From the NCBI RefSeq assembly GCF_009914755.1, contig NC_060928.1: a stretch of 64,000 nucleotides of DNA. One strand, written 5' to 3'. Positions 24,164 to 41,615 of the stretch are shown one piece after another. Positions within the stretch are counted from its first letter, which is position 1. Every line of letters starts with the position of its first letter. The DNA comes from the human T2T-CHM13v2.0 reference genome, Homo sapiens. The notes below the pieces were generated by a model that made no database searches, was not told where the DNA came from, and was given only the letters and a program-made list of their open reading frames with translations. The translations under genes and the position numbers were made by a program.

Positions 24164-26516
24164 TGATGTGGTTTGGCTCTGTATCCCCACCCAAATCTCA
24201 TCTTGAATTGTAATCCCCGTTGGTTGAGGGAGGGACCTGTAATTCCCATGTGTCAAGGGAGGGAAGTGATTGGATTATGACACTGTTCTTGTGATAGTGA
24301 GTGAATTCTCATGATACCTGATGGTTTTATAAATAATAGTTTTTCCTGCAATGACACACATGCACTCTCTCTTGCCTGCTGCCATGTAAGACATGCCTGC
24401 TTCCCCTTTCACCAGGATTATAAGTTTCCCGAGGCCTCCCAAGCCATGTGGAGCTGTGACTCAATTAAACCTCTTTCCTTTATAATGACTAGCCTTGGGT
24501 ATTTCTTTATAGCAGTGTAAGAACGGATTAATACAGTAAATTGGTATCACAGAGAGTAGGGCACTGCTATCAAGATACCCAACAATGTGGAAGTGACTTT
24601 GGAGCTGGGAAATAGGCAGAAGTTGGAACAGTTTGGAGGGCTCAAAAGAAGAAAGGAAGATGTGGGGAAGTTTGGAACTTCCTAGAGGCTTGTTGAATGA
24701 TTTTGATCAAAATGCTGATAATGATGTGGACAATGAAGTCTAGGCTGAGGTGGTCTCAGATGGAGATGAGGAACTTATTGGGAACTGGAGTAAACATCAT
24801 TCTTGCTATGCTTTAGCAAAGAGACTGGCGGCATTTTACTCCTGCCCTAGAGATATGTGGAACTTTGAGCCTGAGAGCTGATTTAGGGTATCTGAGAAGA
24901 AATTTCCAAGCAGCAAAGTGTTCTAGAAGTGACAGAGGTTAAAAGTTTGAAAAACTTGGAGCCTGACAAATGCAATAGAAAAACAAAACCCATTCTCTGG
25001 GAAGAAATTCAAGCCAGCTGCAGAAATTTGCATAAGTAACAAGGAGCCAAATGCTAATTGCCAAGATAATAGGGAAAATGTCTCCAGGGCACGTCAGAGA
25101 CCTTGGTTGCAATCCCTCCCATCACAGGCCTGGAGGCCTGGGAGGGAAAATGATTTCATAGGCAAGCCCCAGGGCTCGACTGTTGTGTGCAGCCTTCTGA
25201 ACATGGGGCCCTGTTTCCCGTGTTATTCAGCTCCAGTCTTGGCTAAAAAGGGCCAAGGTACAGCTTGCACTGTGGCTGCACTGAGGGTGCAGGACACACC
25301 TTGGTGGCTTTCACATGATGTTGGGCCTGTGGATACACAGAAGTCAAGAATTAAGGTTTGGGAACCTCCACCTAGATTTCAGAGGATGTATAGAAATGCC
25401 TGAATCTCTAGGCAGAAGTTTGCTGCAGGGGCAGAGCCCTCATAGAGAACTTCTGCTAGGCAATGTGAAAGGAAAATGTGAGGTTGGAACCCCCACTCAT
25501 AGTCCCCATTGGGGCACTGTTTAGTGGAGCTATGAGATGAGGGCCACCATCCTCCAGACCCCAGAATGGTAGATTCACAGACAGCTTGCTCTGTACACCT
25601 GAAAAAGCCACAGACACTCAACACCAGCCTGTGAAAGCAGCCCGGAGGGGGACTGTGTCCTGCAAAGCCACAGGTGTGGAGTTGCCCAAGACTATGGGAG
25701 CCCACCTCTTGCATCAGCATGACCTGGATGTGAGACATAAAGTTAAAGGAGATCATTTTGGAGCTTTAAGATTTAATAACTACCCTATTGGATTTCAGAC
25801 TTGCATGGGGCCTGTAGCCTCTTTGTTTTGGCCAATTTCTCTCATTTGGAATGGAAACATGTACCCAATGCCTGTAACTCAACTGTATCTTGGAAGTAAC
25901 TAACTTGCCTTTGGTTTTACAGGCTCATAGGCGGAAGGAACTTGACTTGTCTTAGAAGAGACTTTGGACTTTGACTTTTAAGCTAATGCTGAAATGAGTT
26001 AAGACTTTGTGTGATTGTTGGGAAAGCATGATTGGTTTTGAAGTGTATAAAGGACATAAGATTTGTGGGGGTGGGGGCAGGGGAAGAATGATATGGTTTG
26101 GCCCTTTGTCTCCAATCAAACCTCATTTCTAATTGTAATCCCCACAAGTCGAGGGAGGAAACTATAATCCTGTTTCCAGGGAAAGAAGTGTTTGAATTAT
26201 GGGGGTGGTTTCCCCTATGCTATTCTCATGATAGTGAATGTATTCTCATGTGATCTAACGGTTTTATAAATGCGCTCTTTTTTTTTCTTTTTTTAAATTA
26301 TTATACTTTAAGTTCTCGGGTACATGTGCACAATGATAAATGCACTCTTTCTTACCTGCGGCCACATAATATGTGCCTGCTTCCCTTTCCACCATGATTG
26401 TAAGTTTCCTGAGTCCTCCCCAGCCATGTGGAACTGTGAGTCAATTTAACCTCTTTCCTTTATAGACTACCCAGTCTTGGGTATTCTATATAGCAGTGTG
26501 AGAATGGACTAATATA
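24164..26516 (+). mobile_element. Full-length THE1D-like MaLR provirus (5' LTR 24164-24535, internal 24536-26088, 3' LTR 26089-26516)
   Basis: Both LTRs run TGAT(G/A)TGGTTTGG...CTAATACA-like with the THE1D duplicated GAGGGAGGGA segment. THE1-int starts GTAAATTGGTA. Confidence 0.9.
26281..26335 (-). mobile_element. ~55-bp L1PA 3'-terminal insertion inside the THE1D 3' LTR
   Basis: Minus strand reads CATTGTGCACATGTACCCGAGAACTTAAAGTATAATAA plus poly(A). 15-bp TSD ATAAATGC(G/A)CTCTTT at 26266-26280 / 26336-26350. Confidence 0.9.
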
Positions 26517-26589
26517 ACAAGAATATTAGCTTTTTGTTTTATGTAAGAGTTTAGTATTTTTTAATCAATTTGAGTTAAATACTGAAGAA

Positions 26590-27080
26590 TAATGACATAG
26601 TAGAAAGAGCAGGTTATTTTTAAATAGTTAATCTGAACTTGAATCTCAGGTTTGTTATTTATTGCTGTCTGATCATGGGGAAGTTACAAGCACTCTAAGC
26701 CTCGATTACCTCTGCGTGCAAATAGGCATGTAATTAGTATTGTAAATGAGAAAATACCCTAACTCAGTGATCATCTTTGGAAGTTACTTGGTAATATTTG
26801 GTCTCGCATTAAGTTGCCAGCTCTACTTTTTCCCATAAGATAACTAGTGTATTTAACATTTAAGATCCTAAAATCAAATGTGATATGAAATCAAAATCCA
26901 ATAGAGAACTAAAGAAAGAAAAGAGATTTAATATCACCTCTGCCACTTGATGGGTGTGCACTACTGAGGAAAATACTTTAAAATCCAAGCCTCATATTTC
27001 TGAAAACTAAGGACAAAACTATGCAAACTACCTACCTCATATGGATGCTGTGGAGATCAAGTTAGAAAACACATGTGAAT
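26590..27080 (+). mobile_element. Two MIR relics
   Basis: MIR core-like motifs (GGGAAGTTACAAGCACTCTAAGCCTC; TACCTACCTCATATGGATGCTGTGGAGATCAAG). Confidence 0.5.
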
Positions 27081-28656
27081 AATTGAAAATTATTTTTGTA
27101 TTAAGTATAAATGAGACTAAAACTGAAAGTATGACTCAATATCATTCTAAATAAAAGTGAAAGAAAAGAGGGAGAGTAAATCTTCACTGGATGATCTTTT
27201 GGTTAAAATTTGTTATACTACTTATTTTATCAAACTAGTGTTTATTTGAAAGAAAAAAACACGCACTTTTTAAACCATGCAAATAGAATCACATAGAGTA
27301 GTCAATCAGACAATAACATGTTGAATATACACATTATTTTGGAATTAGGGACAGTGGAGACATTTGAGGCATAACACTTGGTAAGATTTCTACCTTATCC
27401 AAAGAGAAATCTTCAAGCATGCCAATGTAAAGGCAAAGACTTAAGGTAACAGGTAGAACAATGAGTTGGAGTGAGGTCCAGAAACTGGGAACCTCCATAA
27501 AGCTGCTAGTCCCAGTCTCACAAAGTGAGTCGACTTTAAGTCCATGGCAGAAAGGATCAAGGTTTGTATCAAATGCAGGTAGTGTTTTCAAATTCAGTGA
27601 CAGTGGAGAGTTAGGTGTGCGGACAGGGATACAATAGGGAGAACATAGCAAGAGTGATGATTGATAACTCAAGAGGCAGGCATGAATTGGCAAACTATGT
27701 TTTACAAAGGAAGTCCCTTTGTTAATAGGAGACAAATAGGAAAAACATACTCTAGCTTTTAGGATGAAGGGTTAGCAGTAGACATACCTAGGAGTGAACT
27801 GTAGAGGAGTTATGTGTATCTATTGCTAGATTTTCACAGAGAATGCATGCTAAATTTCACAGACAGAAGGGTTTCTCTATAAACGCAATGTCATCAGTAA
27901 ATATATAAAAAGCGCATGTGCCACATTTTCTTAAAAACTATTAAATTACAAAATGATCAGGATACTCTCTTATTGTAATCATTTTTATCATGTTTATTAT
28001 GCATGATATTAAAAATGCATTGCATATTATGCATATTATGGCAATTCTAACAAGTTTATGTAGAGGTTGCTCTCCTTTCCATTATCTTCTTTTGTTTTGG
28101 TTTTCTTATCCTTTTTCATGGTGAAATTGTATTACAGCATATGATTCAGAAGATAGCTACTTTATTACATATATATGAAAGGAAATGAACCATATACTTG
28201 AGATGAAGTTTGTCATGGAGATAGAAAATCTCTTAATCTCTAAATATATAACATATCTCATTTATTTAATTCTTTCACCTATTACTAAGTTATTACTTAT
28301 TCACTTATTTTATTAAAGACATTGAAACTTTAAAATTTAAGAAATTTAAGACCAGTATAATCTCTGCTTTTTAGTAATTATAGAAGAAATGAGAAAAGAT
28401 TTGATTATTTTCTCTAAACAAATTAATTTTGAGACATCATTCTTTTATTTCTCCTGAATAAACTTCCAGCTTCTTAAAAAATTTTTATCATAAAGTTTTT
28501 ATACAACTTTTAAATATAGATATTTTCATAAAATGTTACACAAAGTAGCTACACTTATTTATATTCCCACCAGAACAACTACAAATATCTCTGGAGAATT
28601 ATGTTTCGTGAAGATGAGTTTTAAAATATTAATGACTTTGAAAATAAAGTAGGTAG

Positions 28657-31600
28657 AGGGAGGTGGAGCAAGATTGCCAAATTGAACCCCCACCCTCACG
28701 TGAGCACCAAATTAAACAATTATCCACCTCCATAAGATCCAAAAATCAAGTGAGTGATCACAGTACCTGGCTTTAACATTATGTAAAGGAAAGAGTCACT
28801 GAAGAGGGTAGGAAAGGCAGTCTTGAATTGCAAACACCTCCCCTCCCTCATGCCATGTCTGCAGCCTCATGGTGCAGAGAGAGAATCTGTGTGCTTGGGG
28901 AAGGGAATAAAGAGTGATTATGGGACCTTGTATTGAAACTCAGTGCTGCTGGCCACTGCAGAATGCAACAAAGGGCAGAATTCAGCCATCATCCACTGAG
29001 GGGCCATTTAGACCGGCCCTAACCACAGAGGAATCATTCATCCCAGGTGTCAGAATTTGAGTTCTGGCTAGCCCCAACACCATAAGCAAAAGTGTTTTAG
29101 GCTTCTAAATATACTTGAAAGGCAGTCCGGGCCATAAGGACTGCAACCTGGACAAGTTCTGGTGCTGTACTAGGCTTCAAGCTCGTGGACTTGGGGTGCA
29201 GATAACCTAGTGAGAAAGCAGCTGGGGTGGCCAAGGGGAGTGCTTGCATCACCCCTCTCCAAAAATCAAGGCAGCATATCTCACAGCTGTGAGATCCCTT
29301 CCTTCTGCTTGAGGAGAGTAGAGAGGAAAATAAATAGAACTGTGTCTTGCAATTTGAATACCAGCTCAGGTATAGTAAAATGCAGAATCTGGAAGAGTCC
29401 TGAGGTCCCTGCTCTAGGCCCTAGCTCTTGAACAAAATCTGTAGACGCACCCTGGACCAGAAGGGAACCTGGTGTCTTGAAGGGAAGAAATAAATTCTGA
29501 CAGGATTCATCACCTGCTGACAAAAGACCCCTTGGGGCTTGAATAAGTAACAGTGGTAGCCAGGCAGTACTTGCTGTGGGAGTTGGGTGAGAACCAGTTC
29601 CGTACTGGCTTCAAGTGAGACATAGCACATTCTTAGTCATGGTGGCCATGAGAAGAGACTCCTGGCTGAGGAAGGAGAAGGAAGAATAAAGGCGACTTTG
29701 TCTTGCAGCTTGGGTACCAACCAGCTCAGCTACAGTGAAGTAGAGCACCAAGTGGGCTACTGGGGATCCTGATTCCAGACTGTGGCTCCTGTCTGGCATT
29801 TATGGACTCACCCTGGGCCAAAGGGAAGCCCATAGCCCTGAAGGGAGAGACTCAAGTTTGGTAGCATTTACCATATGCTATCTGTGGAGACCTTGGGCCT
29901 TGGGTGGATATTGGTGTTAGCCAGGCAGTACTTGCCATGGTCCTGGGGTGGTAGTGGCCATAGGGAAATGCTCCTTCTCCTTGATGAAAGGAGAAAGAAG
30001 AGTCTGCTTGATGAAAGGTGAAAGAAGAGTGGGAAGAAAGTTGTCTTGTGGCTCAGGTGCTAGCTCAGTCATAGAATAGAGCATCAAGTAGACTCCTGAG
30101 ATTCGTGACTTGAGGCCCTGGCTCTCAGAAACCATTTCTGGACATGCTTTAGGCTTGAGGAAAGCTTGCCTCCCTGAAAAGAAAGACACAAGCCTGGCTG
30201 GATTTGTTACCAACTGACTGAAGAGACTTTGGGCCTTGAGTGATCACTGAAGGTAGCCAGGCAGTAGATGTTGTGGCCCTTGTGCAAGACCCACTGCTGT
30301 GCTGGCTTTAGGTCTGACTCTGCGCAATCTCAGTAGTGGTGTCCACAGAGGTACTTGTGTCACCACTTCCCCAGCTCTAGACAGTTCAAAATGGAGAGAG
30401 AGAGAGAGAGAGAGACTCCATTTGTTTGGGGGAAAGTAAGAATAAGAACAAGAGTCTCTGCCTGGTAATACAGGAAATGCTCTTGGTTCTTACCCAAGAT
30501 TACTAAGGCAATACTTTATGAGTCTGCAAGAGCCATAATATTACTGGGATTGGGGTACCCTCTCTAATGCAGATATAGCTGCAGTGACCAAAAACATAGG
30601 TCACAATACCCAAATTCCTTTAAATACCAGAAAAAAACCTCCCACAAAAGGATGGATAAAAATAAGCCCAACTGTGAAGACTGCAATAAATATCTTACTC
30701 TTCAATGCCAACATTGATGAACATCCATAAGAATCAAGACCATTCAAGAAAACATGACTTCACAAAATGAACTAAATAAGGCGCCAGTGACCAGTCCTGG
30801 AATGACATAGATATGTGACCTTTCAGATACAGAATTCAAGATAGCTGTTTTGAGGAAGCTCAACAAAATTCAAGATAGAACAGAGAAGAAATACAGAATA
30901 CAATCAGAAAAACTTGATAAAAGAGATTGAAATATTTTTTAGAAATCACACAGAAATTCTGGAGCAAAAAAATTAAATGGACTTATTGAAGAATGCATCA
31001 AAGTCTGTAAACAGAAGAATTTATCAAGCAGAAGAAAGAAATAGTGAGCCTGAAAACAGATTACTTGAAAATGTACAGTCATAGGAAGCAAAAGAAAAAA
31101 GAATAAAAATGGATGAAGTATGCTTACAAGATCTAGAAAATAGTTTCAAAGGGCAAATCTAAGAGTTAGTGGCCTTAAAAAGGAGGTTGAGAGAGATCAG
31201 AGTAGGAAGTGTATTCAAATGCATAACAACAGAGAACTTTCCAAACCTAGAGAAAGATATCAATATTCAAGTACAAGAAGGTTATAGAACACCAAGCAGA
31301 GTTAACGCAAATAGGAAAAGCTGAAGACATTTAATAATGAAACTCCCAGAGGTCAAGGATAAGGAAAGGATCCTAAAAGCAGTAAGAGGAAAAAGAAACA
31401 AATAACATGCAATGGAGATCTAATATGTCTGGCAGTACATGTCTCAGTGGAAACCTTACACATCAGAAGAGAATGGCATGACATACTTAAAGTGCTGAAG
31501 GAAAAAAAAATCAGAAAACACCCCCAACACCAGTCCTATTCTACAAGAAAAGGTAAAGGGGTTTCTTCAATCTGAAAGAAAAAGATGTCAATGAGCATGA

Positions 31601-31961
31601 AGAATCATCAGAATGTACAAAACTCACTGGTAAGAGTAGGTACATGGAAAAACACAGAATATTATAACACTTGAATTGTGCTGAGTTAATTAGTTATATC
31701 TTGAGTAGAATGACTAAAAGATAAACTGATCAAAAACAATAACTACAACAAATTTTCAAGACATAAAGAGTACAATAAAATATAAACAGAAACAACAAAA
31801 AAGTTTTAAAACAAAGGGGTGAAGTTAAAGTGTAGGATTTTATTACTTTTTCTCTTTTGCCTTTGCAATCAGTGTTAAAAGTTGTCATCAGTTTAAAACA
31901 ATTGGTTATAATATATTATTTGCAAACCTCAGGGTAACCTCAAATTAAAAATCCTACACCA
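28657..31961 (+). mobile_element. Old L1 (L1MA/L1M1-2 type): 5' UTR with tandem monomers plus degenerate ORF1
   Basis: Starts GGAGCAAGATTGCC. Three ~350-bp 5' UTR repeats, then ORF1-like sequence at 30750-31595 (GAGAACTTTCCAAACCTAGAGAAAGATATC). Confidence 0.8.
30394..30415 (+). repeat. (GA)11 microsatellite
   Basis: Direct reading. Confidence 0.9.
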
Positions 31962-36151
<4,190 letters not shown>

Positions 36152-36166
36152 AAAAATCCTACACCA

Positions 36167-38246
36167 GATAGACAAAAATAAAAACAAGAAATTAAAATAT
36201 ACCACCAGAGAAAATTACCTTGGAAAAAAGGAGAGGAAAGGAGGAAGAAAGGAAAATAAGACCACAAAACAACCAGAAAACAAATAATAAAATGACAGTA
36301 ATGAATTCTTACTTATGTATAAGAACATCAAATGTAAATAGAATAAACTTGCCAATTTAAAGACATAGAGTGGCTGAATGAATTAAAAAACAAGACCCAA
36401 TGACCTGGGTTTATAAGAAACACACTTCACCTATAAAGACACACATAGACTAAAATTAAATACATGGAAAAATATATTACCTGCAAATGGAAACCTAAAA
36501 CAGCAGGAGTAGCTATACTGATATGATATAATTATCAGATATAATTCAATATAAACACTATAAGAAGAGACAAAGAAGGTCATTATATAATAATAAATGA
36601 AACAATTCAGCAAGAGAATATAACAATTGTAAATATATATATGCACTCAACAATGGAACACACAGATATATAAAACAAATATTATTAGAGCTAAACAGAC
36701 GTATGAAAACCAGTACAACGTCAGCTGGAGACTTCAACACCCCACTTTCAGCATTAGACAGATCTTTGAGATAGAAAACCAATAACAACAACGACAACAA
36801 CAAAAATCATTGCACTTAATCTTTACTGTGGACCAAATAAACCTAATAGATATTGACATAACATTTCATCCAATAACTACAAAATATACTTTCTTCTCTT
36901 CATCTCAAGGATAGGCCATAATTTAAGCCACATAGCAAGTCTTAAAACATTCAAAAAAATGAAATTATAACAAGTGTCTTCTATGATCACAATGAAATAA
37001 AACTAGAAATCAATAACAAGAGGAACTTTGGAAGCTATACAAACACAAGGTAATTCAACAATATGCTTCTGATTGACCAGTAGGTCAATGAAGGAATTAA
37101 GAAGCACTTAAAAAATTTCTTGAAACAAATGATAATTGAAATACAACATACCAAAACCCATGATATACAGCAAAGGCAGTACTAAGAGAAAAGTTTATAG
37201 CAATAAATGCCTATATAAAAATGTAAAAAACCTTCAAATAACCAACCTAAAAATGTATCTTAAAGAACTAGAAAAAAATGGAGGAAACCAAACCTAAAAT
37301 TAGTAGAAAAGAAATAATATAGATCAGAGCAGAAATAAATGAAATTAAAATTTAAAAAAAAGGAAGATCAATGAAATGAAAAGGTTTTTTTTTTAAAGAT
37401 AAAGAAAATTGAAAGACCTTTAGCCAGACTAGGAAAAAAAGAGAGAATACCCAAATAAATTAATAATTAAATAAATTATTAATAAAAATAATTAATTAAG
37501 GATGTATCGCACACAAGTTAAAATGGCTTTCATCCAAAAGACAGGCAATAACAAATGATGATGAGGATGTGGAGAAAATGGAACCTCCGTGCACTGTTGG
37601 TGGGAATGTAAATTAGTACAACCACTGTGGAGAACAGCATGGAAAAACCTAGAAATAGTATTATTTTATGATCCATCAATACCATTGCTAGGTATACACC
37701 TCCCAAAAAAGGGAATTGGTATGTGCAAGAGATATCTGCAGTTCTATGTTCACTGAAGCACTATTCACAATAGCTCAGATTTGAGAGCAACCTAAGTGTC
37801 TACTAAAGATAAATGGTTAAAGAAAATGTGGTACATATACACAATGAATACTATTCAGCTGTATAAAAGAATAAGATTCTGTCATTTCCAAGAACATAGA
37901 TGGAACTGTAGGATATTATGTTACATAAAATAAGCCAGATACAGTAAGACAGACAGTCTTTGTGTGTTCTCAGTCATTTGTGGGACCTAAAAATTAAAAC
38001 AATTGAACTTATGGAAATTGAGAGTAGAATGATGGTTACTAGAGGCTGAGAAAGGTAGTTGGATGATGGGGGAAATGGGAATGATTAATGGGCACAATAA
38101 TATATAGAATGAATAAGATCTAGTATTTGATAGCAAAGCAGGCTGATTACAGTCAACAATAACTTATTATAGATTTTTTAAAAACTAAAAGTGTATAATC
38201 GGAACATTTGTAACAAAAAATGATAAATGCTTGAGGTGATGGATAG
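36167..38246 (+). mobile_element. Continuation of the host L1MA: EN region, ~2.2-kb ORF2 deletion at ~37460-37510, then 3' end
   Basis: Resumes after the TSD (GCTGGAGACTTCAACACCCCACTTTCAGCA) and ends in L1MA 3' UTR motifs (GAATAAGATCTAGTATTTGATAGCA). Confidence 0.8.
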
Positions 38247-38829
38247 AAAACAATAAAGTATAGATTCCTAGATAAATGGGTACCCATCTGATAAAGCCCT
38301 TAGCCCTATTAACACAAAAGAGAAAAGTAATAATGGATAGTTTATAGTTCAAAGAATAGATTTTTATAGCTGTTATTTTAGTATGGATAAATAAGAATAT
38401 TAATAGGTAACAAGAATAATTTAGCAGACAACAATATTAAATATAAGTATGTAATTGAATCTAAATTATCTTAATGGTCCTTTATAAATTTCAGATTTCT
38501 CCATAAACTAGAAATACTATATGTTACATAACTGGAATGCTAAATATAATAATGATTTAAGCTATATTATCATTATATAACCACATTTTATGAAGTTATT
38601 TTAAATTATATTAAAACAAAAGACTAAAAATAACCTCCTATATTATGTTTTAGCCTCGAAATTCAAGCTCAAAATAGAAACAACATTATGGACAGATAAA
38701 ATATTTTGGTTTTCATTTTAGTGCCTTTTGTATCTGGTGACAAGTAGAAAATCAGTTTTCTAGTCTGTATTGCCAAGGTTTTACAATCACTATTTGTATG
38801 TGGTGTCTGACTTCAATTTTTTGATATGT

Positions 38830-39127
38830 AACTAATAAAGCTTTAAAATCTCACTTTCCCTTCTTCCCTGTGTGCCCCACATCTGGTCAAGCTGATAAAA
38901 AGGCCTTCATACTCCTTCCTTTGGTGCAGGTGAGAGTTAACGTTTCATGCCCCCTCCTCTGTGAAACCTCATCCTGGCCCCACCACTAACCACAATAAAA
39001 ACCCAGACCCACTCTTTTCCAGGCACTTTCAAGCCATTTTGGACTTCCCTGAGAGAGGACTGGCCTTGTGTGCCAAATATCCCAATTATAGGAATATTAA
39101 AACTTTTCATACTGTGATACTGTGTGG

Positions 39128-39182
<55 letters not shown>

Positions 39183-39245
39183 GGATCATCAGACTTCACT
39201 TCAGAATCAAATTGGGGCCGGGAGGTCCATGTGTTTTGGCAGATG
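38830..39245 (+). mobile_element. Old ERVL-class LTR fragment (MER74/MER73-like)
   Basis: CCCACATCTGGTCAAGCTGATAA...CCACAATAAAAACCC resembles recalled MER74-group LTRs. Confidence 0.4.
39131..39176 (+). repeat. (TG)23 microsatellite
   Basis: Direct reading. Confidence 0.97.
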
Positions 39246-39527
39246 ATAATAATATTCATCCATCACATTAATTTTCTCATAGGTCACAAACTGTGGTATT
39301 AACTGGGGATAAAATGGTAAATAAAAAAGGCATTAGTTCTCAAGGAGTCAACAGTCTGTTGAGGTCAATGGAAGGTTAACATAAAATTAAAATAGAATAT
39401 CAACATTCTATAGTAGAGAAAAACACAAGCAAAATTCCACAGTATGAGGAAAAAGTGTGAATAAATAAACCTTTCAGGTTAGAGAAGACTTTCTGGATGA
39501 CTGAGTTTAGGTTTAAAGGAAGAATAA

Positions 39528-39826
39528 GGCTGGGTGTGGTAGCTCGCGCTTGTAATTTCATCACTTTGGGAGACTAAGAGGTGGTAGAGTCACTTGAGCC
39601 CAGAATTTCAAGACCAGTCTAGGCAACATAGCAAGACTCTCTCTACCAAACATGAAAAATTCCAAAAATTAACCAAGCATTTGTGGCATGCCTGTACTTG
39701 TAGCTACCTGAGGGTCTGGGGCAGGAGGATCTCTTGAGCCCAGGAACCTGAAGCTGCAGTGATCTATGGTCGTGCCAATGCACTCCACCTTGGGCAATGG
39801 AGTGAGGCCCTGTTTCTAAAAAAAAA
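39528..39826 (+). mobile_element. AluJ inserted in an L2 relic (~39300-40060)
   Basis: Diverged dimeric Alu (GGATCTCTTGAGCCCAGGA); degenerate TSD AAAGGAAGAATAA / AAAGGATAAATTA. Confidence 0.85.
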
Positions 39827-41329
39827 TAAAGGATAAATTAGAGTGAACCATATAAAGAATTACAACAGCATTATTCCGAAAGAGGGATTATGAAAAACTA
39901 TGAAGGCTTTTGAAAAACAGATTCATATTCTGCAAATTGCAAGTAGTTTTTCATGACTAGAAAGTTTACTTTAATGTAAAAAATGGTAAAAAGAAAATGA
40001 AGCTATTTAGTGAGGGCCAGATAGTGAATGATTTTGTAAAATCGTCTCTGAACTGTGGATTTTAATGTTATTCTTACTTTCAGTATTATTCCACAAACTA
40101 CATATTAAAGACTCCATCAATATCTGTACATGATCTGTAGTGCCCAAAACATTTTTAACAGTTATGTTGCCTGTATTTCATTAAATACATTTATATGGCT
40201 AGCTTGTTTTCATTCCATGTGTTACAACTAAAAAAAATATAAATTATGGAGCTGCCAATTTGAACAATTCTTACATGATTTATGGTTGTACACATAAAAC
40301 ATCTTTTATTGCTATTTATAATTAGCATCTTAATCTGTAAAATGAATCCAGTATTAACTCTCCCATTCTTCTTCACAAAATAACAAACCTATTTTGGTAT
40401 AAACCTCATTTGTTCACTCATATCTGGTCATTTCTTCTTCCAGTTATACACCCATCTGTAGTTAAGAATAGCTATATCACTTGCTATGTTCAATGATATA
40501 GAAGTTGGAGTGATGTGTGCAATTTTCAATATGTATCTTTTTCCTGATACACAGGCTAAGGATGTCATAAATTCCAGATGCTATAGCTAAATGGATGGAG
40601 CAGCCTCCTTCATCCTGATTGCTGAACTGCAGCATTATGTGTTGAACCCAAAGATCCAAGGAGGCTTACAAAAAGTGAGTACTACATATCTATTCTGCTA
40701 AAACTTTGATATTTCAGTTTCTTCTATTAGTACGAGTGCAGTCATGCATTAATGTAATTTCTTTTTAATAAATACTCAAATAATTAAATGATTTACATTT
40801 AATAACAATAAGAGAATAAATAATGATGAAGACATTATTATACTGATGAGATCTTCTGAAATTTATACAGGTGAGCATTTTTAAAATCATTTATTTATGT
40901 TTTCAGGAAGCACTTAGTTCATTTCTGCTACATGTAATAAGCACTGCACTTAGAATATGTCACTTGTTGAGTTTTATGAGATCAAAAACAAAGAAAAACT
41001 TTACCCCCCCAGGTTTTTATAGTCCTAATGAAGGAATTGTATGAGTAATAAATGGCTACAGTATATAAAAGATGATGAAGTATTTATATTTATTACCATC
41101 AGGTAAAAGTTTATAAATGGAATGACATTTGATCTATGACAAGTTTTTACCGTTATCTGTGTATACCAAATGTTTGAACCTAACCCTTTAGAAATTACTA
41201 GACTATGTGAACTAAGTCTAACCCGTGAATACCCATCTCTCTTTGTCTCTTCCTAGTCAACCCTCTATTTGGATGTAACCTTTTGGATGCAAATTTTATT
41301 GAAATTAGACAGTAATATGAAAAATTGTC

Positions 41330-41615
41330 CGCTTTCCCTAGGTAGCTGCATACCTAGCTCCCTCACTTCGGGTGTCAGCTTAAATGTCACTTCATAAATG
41401 TCTACTTTTACCACCTTTATTTTCCTTCTTCAAACTTATACCTGACATGCTATTATATTGGATTCCTTGATATTTGCTATCTCTTCCACTTGAATATAAT
41501 CTTCATGAAGGTAGATAGTTTATGTGCTATCATATCTCTGGCTCTAGTTTTGTCTTGGACATATGCTATTTATTTACTAAATTGATAAATGAAAGAATAA
41601 TAAATACATGTAATA
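41330..41615 (+). mobile_element. L2 3'-end relic
   Basis: CAGCTTAAATGTCACTTC...AATATAATCTTCATGAAGGTAG followed by a TGAA-like tail. Confidence 0.5.

Noticed and set aside
25107-25903. 100-125 aa ORFs in the THE1 internal region (also 50755-51048)
   Set aside because: Fragments of the decayed MaLR internal ORF; no intact gene.
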